From IMG/VR virus record IMGVR_UViG_3300005439_000007, positions 1 to 41,100 of that record: a stretch of 41,100 nucleotides of DNA; one strand, written 5' to 3'. Shown one piece after another: positions 31,636 to 39,126 of the stretch. The position numbers and the translations under genes were made by a program. Position 1 is the stretch's first letter. Every line of letters starts with the position of its first letter. The notes beneath the pieces were generated by a model. That model saw only the letters and a program-made list of their open reading frames with translations. It did not search any database and was not told the origin of the DNA. This DNA comes from a virus.

Positions 31636-31838
31636 CGCAGTGGCGCAGCGCTGACTATGTGTTCGCTCGGTGGCGTGACGTCAGCTGGACGACGCTGGAC
31701 GTCATCGATGACCTGAAGTTGGCTGCACGCATGGTCGCCATCCACGAGAGCGCGCTACGAATGCGCGCCAAGAGGCGAGAGGTGGGCATGGACAGCTGTT
31801 CAGCTATGCTTGCTCGTCCCTCGCGCGCAGCTCAGTGA
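31632..31838 (+). CDS. Hypothetical protein (68 aa)
   Basis: GTGA overlap. Confidence 0.5.
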   Translation: MTQWRSADYVFARWRDVSWTTLDVIDDLKLAARMVAIHESALRMRAKRREVGMDSCSAMLARPSRAAQ

Positions 31839-31877
31839 GGGTGCCAGTTCTAAACCTAGAAAGCACCTGAGGTTTTG

Positions 31878-32033
31878 GTGGAAACGTCCGAAGTTCGAGA
31901 AACGCTACCCAAGTACCTGAATGCACGCAGTCTTTCGGAGCTGATGGACCTGCTCCACGACAAGGACATTGGCCGGCCGATCACCGACCGCAAGCGCATC
32001 TGGTCGGCGCTCAGGGCGGCACGTTTCACGTGA
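31878..32033 (+). CDS. Small protein (51 aa), absent from the ORF track
   Basis: GAGG lies 6 nt before GTG 31878. Translation is VETSEVRETLPKYLNARSLSELMDLLHDKDIGRPITDRKRIWSALRAARFT. It sits in a lower-GC pocket and competes with minus-strand ORF 31856..32107. Confidence 0.4.
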   Translation: METSEVRETLPKYLNARSLSELMDLLHDKDIGRPITDRKRIWSALRAARFT

Positions 32034-32105
32034 AAGCTTGACCAGCTGTGCGAATCCGTGCAGTGTGGCTGGCGGTGATGGCGGTCGCTCTCAGGAGCTG
32101 ACTCC

Positions 32106-32294
32106 ATGCAGCCATTTCAGAACAGCGCCGCCGAGTGGCCGATCGTCATCACGGTCGCCGTGTGCGTCGCGGTCGTGTGCCTCTACCTCAGCAGCTGCAC
32201 GCTGCACGAGAACCCGATCGGCCATCGCATCGACCAGCCGCCGGTCGTGGTGCACACGCCGCCCAAGCACGATGACGACGGGGGTGCGCGGTGA
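32106..32294 (+). CDS. Small Pro-rich lipoprotein, o-spanin-like (62 aa)
   Basis: AGGAG RBS. Signal peptide plus lipobox VVCLYLSSC. The mature part is short and Pro-rich. Confidence 0.5.
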   Translation: MQPFQNSAAEWPIVITVAVCVAVVCLYLSSCTLHENPIGHRIDQPPVVVHTPPKHDDDGGAR

Positions 32295-32389
32295 AACGCC
32301 GTCACTCCATGGGCTTCGCCGTGCTGGTCGAGCTCGCCATCGTCGGCGCCGTCATCTGGTCGGCGTTCAACTTGCCGGGAGGACACTGA
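32291..32389 (+). CDS. Tiny TM peptide (32 aa), absent from the ORF track
   Basis: GTGA overlap at the 5' end and a TGATG junction at the 3' end. Translation is VKRRHSMGFAVLVELAIVGAVIWSAFNLPGGH. Confidence 0.4.
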   Translation: MKRRHSMGFAVLVELAIVGAVIWSAFNLPGGH

Positions 32390-32778
32390 TGGGCATCAAG
32401 CCGCTGTGTGGTGAGTGCTATTGGCCGTGGCCATTTCACGCGCCGTGGTGCTCGAATGACTGCCGACACACCGCGGCGGTCGCTGTCGCTCTCACGCTCG
32501 GCGGCTGCGCCACGCTGTCGACCGCCGACAAGGCAGGCGTCGCGCTCTGTCAGCTCTGGCAAGCGACCAACCCGCCGCCGAACACCGCCGACAACGTCGC
32601 GCAGGTGAGCTGTGACGTGATCGAGGTCACAGCGCCGTGGGTGCAGGCCGCGCAGCTGGCGGCTGCCAAGCCCAACGCGCAGGCCGCTGTCGATGCGCTG
32701 GTGGCGCATCCGCCGCTGTCGCTCGCCGCGCCGTGCATCGACCTCAAGAACCCGTACCAGCAGCACGAGGGCGAATGA
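32389..32778 (+). CDS. Cys/Trp-rich protein with internal lipobox-like LTLGGC (129 aa)
   Basis: In the frame of listed ORF 31969..32778. The n-region is unusually long for a signal peptide. Confidence 0.5.
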   Translation: MGIKPLCGECYWPWPFHAPWCSNDCRHTAAVAVALTLGGCATLSTADKAGVALCQLWQATNPPPNTADNVAQVSCDVIEVTAPWVQAAQLAAAKPNAQAAVDALVAHPPLSLAAPCIDLKNPYQQHEGE

Positions 32779-33107
32779 GCGACGAATGGGAAGAGCGCCG
32801 CGAACGTGAGCGGCAAGAAGCGATTGCTCTCGAGCGCGAGAAGATCGCGTCGGCGCGTGAGATCGAGTCGCGCAAGATGGACGTCGAGGAGCGAGCGCAG
32901 GCGATTCGCTATCACGACTGGCACAGCTATCCCGAGCGCTTGCGCGCCCAGCGCCACCACGACGTGCTGTGCCTCGTGCTGAAGGAGTCGATGAGAGCTG
33001 TGAGTAGCGACGTCAGCAAAGAGTTGATGAACGTCGAGGACTTGCTGACCGTGGCTCGCAATATCGCCGACCTAGCTTACCCGCCGCCGAAAGCTGAGGG
33101 AACATGA
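32775..33107 (+). CDS. Hypothetical charged protein (110 aa)
   Basis: ATGA overlap. Confidence 0.6.
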   Translation: MSDEWEERRERERQEAIALEREKIASAREIESRKMDVEERAQAIRYHDWHSYPERLRAQRHHDVLCLVLKESMRAVSSDVSKELMNVEDLLTVARNIADLAYPPPKAEGT

Positions 33108-33403
33108 GCGACGAGTTCGAGAAGCTGTCGGCCATCGTCGGATGCGCAGAGGCAAAGCGTATGCTCGAGCCTCGCGATCGAACACAGTACTTACCAGGCC
33201 ACGGCATCTCACCGGCGCAGCTGCGCGAGAAGGTGGAGGCGTTGCAGGAACGCGCCAACCGCGATGCGGACAAGCACAACCGGCTGTGTGACGTCGTCGC
33301 TGATCAGATGCATCGCCTCGACGCCGCCCTGAAGCGCATCGAGCTACTCGAGCGCGACATGGGCGATGTGCACCCGAACGCGCTCAGCGGAGGCAAGCGT
33401 TGA
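33104..33403 (+). CDS. Hypothetical protein (99 aa)
   Basis: ATGA overlap. Confidence 0.6.
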   Translation: MSDEFEKLSAIVGCAEAKRMLEPRDRTQYLPGHGISPAQLREKVEALQERANRDADKHNRLCDVVADQMHRLDAALKRIELLERDMGDVHPNALSGGKR

Positions 33404-33657
33404 GCCGCTACAGCCACCTCGGCCCGGTCGATGAGCCAAAGGGCTTGCCGCTCGCGCGCGCGGTGCATGAAGCGCTGCAGCGAGTGCATGCAGAAGGCGT
33501 CTCGTGGGGCTCCATCGCCGAGGCGTGCGGCGTGGGCCGGTCGACGATGCACCGGGCGATCAATGGCGGCAACACGCACGTCGGCACGCGTCGAGCGATC
33601 CGGCTGTACCTACAGATCGTGGAGTTCGAGGACAAGGCCATGCGAGGTGCGGCGTGA
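33400..33657 (+). CDS. HTH DNA-binding protein (85 aa, TTG start)
   Basis: TTGA overlap. HTH-like WGSIAEACGVGRSTMHRAING. Confidence 0.5.
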   Translation: MSRYSHLGPVDEPKGLPLARAVHEALQRVHAEGVSWGSIAEACGVGRSTMHRAINGGNTHVGTRRAIRLYLQIVEFEDKAMRGAA

Positions 33658-33863
33658 TCGAGATCGCGTACTGCCCGAAGTGCCACGTGGTGAGCTGGGA
33701 GCGCGCGGTCGGCGCCTCGTGGCATGCGCGTGGTTGGAAGCGTGAATGGTCGAGCTGCACCGATTTGGTCGAGTGGATGAAGTCGGAAGGCTTCGAAGAC
33801 CTCGGCAGCTGCGATGGCTTCATCAAGCGGTGCGATGAGCACGCATCGGAGGAGGCAGCGTGA
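33654..33863 (+). CDS. Zinc-ribbon protein, paralogue A (69 aa)
   Basis: GTGA overlap. Contains CPKC...GFIKRCDEH. Confidence 0.55.
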   Translation: MIEIAYCPKCHVVSWERAVGASWHARGWKREWSSCTDLVEWMKSEGFEDLGSCDGFIKRCDEHASEEAA

Positions 33864-34186
33864 CCAGGGACGGAGCTGTCGCGCTGATCGAGCGCATGAA
33901 GACGATTCGGCCGATGTGCGAGAAATGCGAGACCGCATCGTACGCGTGGGCTCGTCATCTAATGACGCTCGGCATGAACGAAGAGGACACGCCCGGCGAG
34001 TTCATGCACGCACGCGGCTACGAGGAGTCCGCAGATCGCGCCGGCTTCGTGAAGCGCTGCGAGGCATGCGCGGCCGCACAGTCGTATCCGTGGGCCGACA
34101 AGCTCGATCCCGATCGCGTGGTCGAGTACGCGTCGACGACGGTCGAGCCGTTCCTGGTCGCCGAGCTGGAGCAGACGCTGCAATGA
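33860..34186 (+). CDS. Zinc-ribbon protein, paralogue B (108 aa)
   Basis: GTGA overlap. Contains CEKC...GFVKRCEAC. Confidence 0.55.
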   Translation: MTRDGAVALIERMKTIRPMCEKCETASYAWARHLMTLGMNEEDTPGEFMHARGYEESADRAGFVKRCEACAAAQSYPWADKLDPDRVVEYASTTVEPFLVAELEQTLQ

Positions 34187-34449
34187 CCTCAGCCGAAGCC
34201 ATCCGCATCGCCCTCGAGGCCGGCGAACCGTACGAGACTCGCGAGTACCGCATCACAGCGGTCGAGAGCAGCCCGCACGTGCTGGAGCTGAAGCTGACGC
34301 GCATGATTGGCCTCGCCGAGCGCTCGCAGAAGACGCACGCGACGTTCAGCGAGCACGGCGACGTCGACATGTTCAAGCAGCAGTGTGCGCGCGCGTGGCA
34401 GTGGCTGGTCGATCAGCACCGCTTGTCGCGGCAGGAGACGGGGATATGA
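34183..34449 (+). CDS. Hypothetical protein (88 aa)
   Basis: ATGA overlap. Confidence 0.6.
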   Translation: MTSAEAIRIALEAGEPYETREYRITAVESSPHVLELKLTRMIGLAERSQKTHATFSEHGDVDMFKQQCARAWQWLVDQHRLSRQETGI

Positions 34450-35270
34450 GCACTTGGGATGCAGCGAGAATCGCCAGCCGCCGTCAGCTGCCGAAGCCGC
34501 GCAAGATGCATGGGCCGGTGGGGCCTGCAGCGTTGCTGCGACCGGCTGATGGGCACAACTGGACGGATGCGATCCGCGAGGTCGGTGACAGCCCGGACTA
34601 TCCGAGTCGCGTAAACATCGCGCGCGCGTGCAAGGGATGTGGCGTGCACGTCTGCAGCTGCAAGCCGGTCGAGCGTCTGACGCCAGGGAAGTTGATGCGC
34701 CGCGAATGCGTCAGCTGCACCAACACGGTCGAGCCGGGTTGGAACTACTGTGACGACTGCATCAAGCGTCGTTCCGACGAGCTCATGCTGCGTGGTCGGC
34801 GCATCGTCGCGCGCGAAGGAGTCAGCAACGACGAAGCGTTTGTGTACGACGACCGCATCGAGGTGAGCACCAAGACCAAGGACTCGCTGCGGCGAGAAAT
34901 AGACGAGCAGCACCGATTGCAGCAGGCGCCCTACACGGAGACTCCGAAGCATCGCGAGCCGGTCGAGCGCAAGAAGTACATGTTCCCGGTCATGGTCGGT
35001 GTCGAGACCGGTCAGGTAGCGACGAGCACGTGCTTCAGCCTGTCAGATCCAGCGGACACGCGCCCCGGCTCGGTCGACGTCGCTGGCCTCGAGAAGCTGC
35101 GGTCTGAGTGGCAGAAGGATCGCGCGCAGCAGACGGCATCCGATGATTATGCTCGTCATTTAGGCGAGCACATCGCTGTCGCCGATCGACTCGGCATCTG
35201 CGGCCTCTGCCACAGCTACGACCACGCGACCCAAGCATGCCAGGAGATGGCGCGTGGGTTCTACCGATGA
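34446..35270 (+). CDS. Cys-rich protein (274 aa); small-terminase role possible by position only
   Basis: ATGA overlap. Contains CKGCGVHVCSC, CVSC...YCDDCIKRR and CGLCHSYDH. It lies one gene upstream of terL. Confidence 0.3.
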   Translation: MSTWDAARIASRRQLPKPRKMHGPVGPAALLRPADGHNWTDAIREVGDSPDYPSRVNIARACKGCGVHVCSCKPVERLTPGKLMRRECVSCTNTVEPGWNYCDDCIKRRSDELMLRGRRIVAREGVSNDEAFVYDDRIEVSTKTKDSLRREIDEQHRLQQAPYTETPKHREPVERKKYMFPVMVGVETGQVATSTCFSLSDPADTRPGSVDVAGLEKLRSEWQKDRAQQTASDDYARHLGEHIAVADRLGICGLCHSYDHATQACQEMARGFYR

Positions 35271-35461
35271 CCCTGCTCTCCGCCATCCTGTGCCGCGCGT
35301 TCGGCCACCGGCCATACACGCATCCGCACGTGAAGTGGGAGCGCAGCAAGACGTGGAGCGGACACGACGGCACCGCGGTGATCGTCACGCGCTGCTCGCG
35401 GTGCAACGTGAAGCTCGCTGAGCGACCGATGCTCGCGGGAGAGGACACCATCGAGGCTTGA
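35267..35461 (+). CDS. Small zinc-ribbon-like protein (64 aa), DUF1660-like pattern
   Basis: ATGA overlap. Contains ILCRAFGHRP...TRCSRCNVK. Confidence 0.5.
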   Translation: MTLLSAILCRAFGHRPYTHPHVKWERSKTWSGHDGTAVIVTRCSRCNVKLAERPMLAGEDTIEA

Positions 35462-37032
35462 TGCCGCACAGCGACTACAGCGAGAAGCAACGACGCGCCG
35501 ACCTCGCGCTCATGTGGGAGTTCGGCGAGCTCTCAGAGCTCATGCACGAGGGTCAGCTGCGCCTGCGCAACCAGTTCCATGCGTGGCGTGCGATCGACCA
35601 GCTCGAGCTGACGCACGACGACGGCGCTCTACCGCTCGTGTTCGCGGTGAAGGGCGGCAAGCGCTTCGGCAAGACAACCGGCGCGCTGTGGATCGCCCAC
35701 GAGCTCGCGGTGTGGTTCGCCAAGAAGTACGGCCGGCCGGCGATGATGCGCTACACGAGCGCCTTTCAGAAGACGATCGACGAGATCATCGGCTCGGTCG
35801 CGCCGCAGGTGTTCGAGACGGCGCCTGCGAGTTGCGAGGCGCAGTACCACGGCAAGCGCGGCCCGCTGCCCGCAGGCTTCTACTGGCCGACGCAGGGTCC
35901 GACGATGGGCGCACGCATGGCGCTCGCCGGACTCGACATGAACAAGAATGCGCTGCGCGGTCAGGGCAACGACTTCGACTTCATCAGCGAGGCCGCGTTC
36001 ATCGACAAGCTCGACTACACGGTCCGCAACGTGCTTATTCATCAATACCATCAGCGGCCGTGGTCACGGATGATGGTCGAGACGAGCGCGCCCGAGGTGC
36101 TGGGCACGGACTGGGAGATGATCATCCTGCCCGACGCCGAGCGGCGCGGTGCAGTGTTCACGGCGACGATCGAGGACAACCCGCGCCTGTCGCGGCGAGA
36201 GAAAGACTTCTGGATCGGCCAAGCGGGCGGTCGCGGTAACCCGAACTGCGAGCGCGAGTACTTCAATGTCATCAGCGCGTCGCCCGAGCAGCAGGTGATT
36301 CCCGAGTTCGACGAGAAGGCACACGTCATCGATACGCCGCGACCGAAGCACGCGATCGCGATGGCGGCGATGGACCCGGGCATGCGCGACTTGTTCGCGA
36401 TCGTGTGGGGCTATTGGGATGCAGCGCGCGCCAAGCTGGTGATTGAGCGTGACTGGGCGCAGCGCAACGCCAGCACGGCGCAGGTGGCGCAGGTCATCAA
36501 AGAGGCCGAGCGCGAGCTGTACGGCGAGCAGCGCGCGCGCATGGGCCTCGAGCGCGATGGGTTCTGCTGGTGGGACGGCAAGGAGTTCCGCGCCAACCCG
36601 ATGCAGCGCATCTCGGACACTGAGGCGCGGCTCATCGGCGATTTGACGGTCGACTACGGCATTGCCGTGCAGAACACGCTGAAGGACGACAAGGAAGCGG
36701 CGCTCTACGCGCTTCGTAACGCCTTCCGCGATGGCAAGGTGGAGATTCACCCGCGCTGCGTGAAGCTCGTCAGCCACGTGCGCACGGCGCGCTGGAACGA
36801 CAACCGCACCGACTATGAGCGCACGCCGCAGCACGGCCACTATGACCTGCTCGATGCGCTCGTGTACCTATGGCGAATGGTGCAGCCGGTACGCAACCAG
36901 GACCCATTCCCACCCGCGTACGCCGACCAGAACGACCGCAACGTGCTGTTCATGCAGCCGCCGACAGCGGCGCCGCATGCGCTCAAGGGCCTGCAAGAGG
37001 TGTTCGGCGGCCGACGAGGATCGTGGAGATGA
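35461..37032 (+). CDS. terL: Terminase large subunit (523 aa)
   Basis: Walker A is VKGGKRFGKT and Walker B-like is DFDFISEAAF. Nuclease-domain acidic motifs are AAMDPGMRD and HYDLLDALVY. TGATG junction (TTG 35458 alternative). Confidence 0.9.
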   Translation: MPHSDYSEKQRRADLALMWEFGELSELMHEGQLRLRNQFHAWRAIDQLELTHDDGALPLVFAVKGGKRFGKTTGALWIAHELAVWFAKKYGRPAMMRYTSAFQKTIDEIIGSVAPQVFETAPASCEAQYHGKRGPLPAGFYWPTQGPTMGARMALAGLDMNKNALRGQGNDFDFISEAAFIDKLDYTVRNVLIHQYHQRPWSRMMVETSAPEVLGTDWEMIILPDAERRGAVFTATIEDNPRLSRREKDFWIGQAGGRGNPNCEREYFNVISASPEQQVIPEFDEKAHVIDTPRPKHAIAMAAMDPGMRDLFAIVWGYWDAARAKLVIERDWAQRNASTAQVAQVIKEAERELYGEQRARMGLERDGFCWWDGKEFRANPMQRISDTEARLIGDLTVDYGIAVQNTLKDDKEAALYALRNAFRDGKVEIHPRCVKLVSHVRTARWNDNRTDYERTPQHGHYDLLDALVYLWRMVQPVRNQDPFPPAYADQNDRNVLFMQPPTAAPHALKGLQEVFGGRRGSWR

Positions 37033-37571
37033 CGTACGTCTGGAACAAGGCGCGAGACCGCGCCATCCGCAGTGCGTCGACGCCAAAGAGCACGATCGGC
37101 GCGCAGATGATCGTGCGTCCGTGCGGCTACTGCGGGCAGCGTCCTCATGCGCCCAAATGTCCGGTTCCTCGCTACGAGGAACCGGAAGATGGCGTCATCG
37201 AGATGCCGTCGAGCTCGCTCGTGCAGGTGCCGCGGCAGTATGAGGCGATCGAAACGCAGCCGCCGCTCGCCGAGAGCGCCGTCGGCATCGCCGCGCCGTC
37301 GAGCATGACGCCCGCGGAGATCGAGCAGATGATCCGCGTGGCCGTCTCCGAGCAGTACCGACAGCAGTCCCAGATGCTAGCGGCGCACCTCGCCGCAGAA
37401 CGCGAGCGCACGCGGCAAATGGCGCACGCGCTTGCAGTCGCACAGTCCAAACTCGAAGAGTTCAAGTCCAAGCCCGACTTCGTCTGGAACGATGCGACCC
37501 AATCGTTTCATGAGGTCGTCTACGACTCTAACTCGGGCAGAGCGTCGATCGCGCTATCGAGGAAGCGATGA
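37029..37571 (+). CDS. Hypothetical protein (180 aa)
   Basis: ATGA overlap with terL. Confidence 0.6.
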   Translation: MTYVWNKARDRAIRSASTPKSTIGAQMIVRPCGYCGQRPHAPKCPVPRYEEPEDGVIEMPSSSLVQVPRQYEAIETQPPLAESAVGIAAPSSMTPAEIEQMIRVAVSEQYRQQSQMLAAHLAAERERTRQMAHALAVAQSKLEEFKSKPDFVWNDATQSFHEVVYDSNSGRASIALSRKR

Positions 37572-37933
37572 CCCAGCGCAACTCGAAGGACTGGGCATGG
37601 CTCCGAGCGCTCAAGCGCGCGCGCCGTGCCGGCGAGACGCTGCTCCATGCCGTCGGCGACGCGGCGCAGGGACCGATCGGCACGCGCCATCTCGAGACGC
37701 CGGGCGAGATCGTCGAAGGCAAGACCAAGAAGGAACAGGTCTTCGAGTGGCTCAATCAGCGTCAGGCGTACGTCGACGACGCGTTCAACGGCCGCGTGCA
37801 GACCGTCGCCGAGATGAAGGCCGAGATGACGCGAGACATCATGCTTGGCCCCTACGACCCCAAGAACGTGCCCGAACATAGCGAGTACGCATGGGATGAC
37901 GCGCGCGGCGAGTTCGTGCCCAAGAAACCATGA
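37568..37933 (+). CDS. Hypothetical protein (121 aa)
   Basis: ATGA overlap. Confidence 0.6.
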   Translation: MTQRNSKDWAWLRALKRARRAGETLLHAVGDAAQGPIGTRHLETPGEIVEGKTKKEQVFEWLNQRQAYVDDAFNGRVQTVAEMKAEMTRDIMLGPYDPKNVPEHSEYAWDDARGEFVPKKP

Positions 37934-38334
37934 CCGAACTTCTATCTACCATCGTCGTGTGCATCACCGCCGCCGGCATCGTCGGAGTGATCGCGTATTG
38001 CTTCCTCGAGTGGATGAAGAGCTACAAGCGACGGAACGACCTCGCCGACAAGTTCCAGGGCTACGAGCGAGCGACCGAGCAGCGCATCCTGCAGCTCGAA
38101 GTGCTCGACGCGAGCACCAGCGAGAAGGTCGAAGGCTTGACCAAGCGCGTCGACAACCTGCTCGACAGCCAAGAGCGCCTTGTCGCGCGCTTCGGCAAGC
38201 TCGATGAAGAGACCAAAGCAGCTCTCGCCGATCTCGCGAGCAAATGGCTTGCAGAGATCGAGCAGATGAACATGCGCCAAGCGGCAGCGATGACCGCGCC
38301 GCGCGCAGCCCACATACCGAGGTTCAGACCATGA
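37930..38334 (+). CDS. N-terminal TM plus coiled-coil protein, i-spanin-like architecture (134 aa)
   Basis: ATGA overlap. TM helix LLSTIVVCITAAGIVGVIAYCF followed by long helical heptads. Confidence 0.45.
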   Translation: MTELLSTIVVCITAAGIVGVIAYCFLEWMKSYKRRNDLADKFQGYERATEQRILQLEVLDASTSEKVEGLTKRVDNLLDSQERLVARFGKLDEETKAALADLASKWLAEIEQMNMRQAAAMTAPRAAHIPRFRP

Positions 38335-38828
38335 GTGCAGCATCCGCGCGTGAAGTGAAACAAGCGCCGGCCGGCGACTACGAGGGCGTGTACATGCTCC
38401 CGGTCGACGACGAGTACGAGCAGCGCATCGCGAAGCGCTACTTCGACGAGCGCTACGGCGAGCAGAATAAGGCGACCGGCTGGCCGAAGCTCGCCGGCAA
38501 GATTCCCCTTCCCAAGCTGAACCAGCGCGCCATCGTGGTGCCGATCATCCGCGGCGAGGATCGCACGCCGGCCATCAAGTACTTCCGCGACATGAACGGC
38601 TCGCCGCACCAAGAGCGCGTGCCGATCGCCGATCTCGCGACCGAGGTCCGCGAGTGCCCGCGCGTGAAGGTGGCCGATCACTGGGCGCAGGCGCGCGACG
38701 ACTGGGATGCGTTCGGCGGCGAGCTGATCAAGCCGCAGTTCCTCGAGGCGCTCGGCAAGTCGTGCACGCCGGTGCGACCCATGATCCACATCGGCAACGA
38801 GCACGAGCTGCGTCTGACCTTCCTGTGA
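38331..38828 (+). CDS. Hypothetical protein (165 aa)
   Basis: ATGA overlap. Confidence 0.6.
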   Translation: MSAASAREVKQAPAGDYEGVYMLPVDDEYEQRIAKRYFDERYGEQNKATGWPKLAGKIPLPKLNQRAIVVPIIRGEDRTPAIKYFRDMNGSPHQERVPIADLATEVRECPRVKVADHWAQARDDWDAFGGELIKPQFLEALGKSCTPVRPMIHIGNEHELRLTFL

Positions 38829-38836
38829 GGTGAACC

Positions 38837-39037
38837 ATGTCCGGAACCGAGACCACTGACGGCGATGTCATCGAAGAAACCGAGCTGGCGGCGGAGATCT
38901 CCGACAACTCAAGTGCCCGCGAGCTGATCGAGCGCGCATGCAAGCTGCTCGATGTTCCAAACGCATCGTCGGAGGCGAGCATCGCGCTCAGCTTTTCCGT
39001 GCAAGCGGTGGACTGGCTCCGCCGCGGAGGACTCTGA
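38837..39037 (+). CDS. Small acidic protein (66 aa)
   Basis: GGTGA lies 3 nt before the ATG. Confidence 0.55.
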   Translation: MSGTETTDGDVIEETELAAEISDNSSARELIERACKLLDVPNASSEASIALSFSVQAVDWLRRGGL

Positions 39038-39126
39038 TCGTCTGACGTAACCGCCCACCGTGCAGTGCGCGTGCGACCGCGCTGCAGCTCGTAGGAGGCA
39101 TCGGCGAAGGCTGGTGCTAGTCGCAC

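Noticed and set aside
31856-32107. An 83-aa minus-strand ORF in the gap between 31838 and 32106.
   Set aside because: It is on the opposite strand to every neighbouring gene, has no RBS, and has a Ser/Arg-rich translation. The plus-strand 51-codon ORF with a GAGG RBS is a better explanation, though still uncertain.
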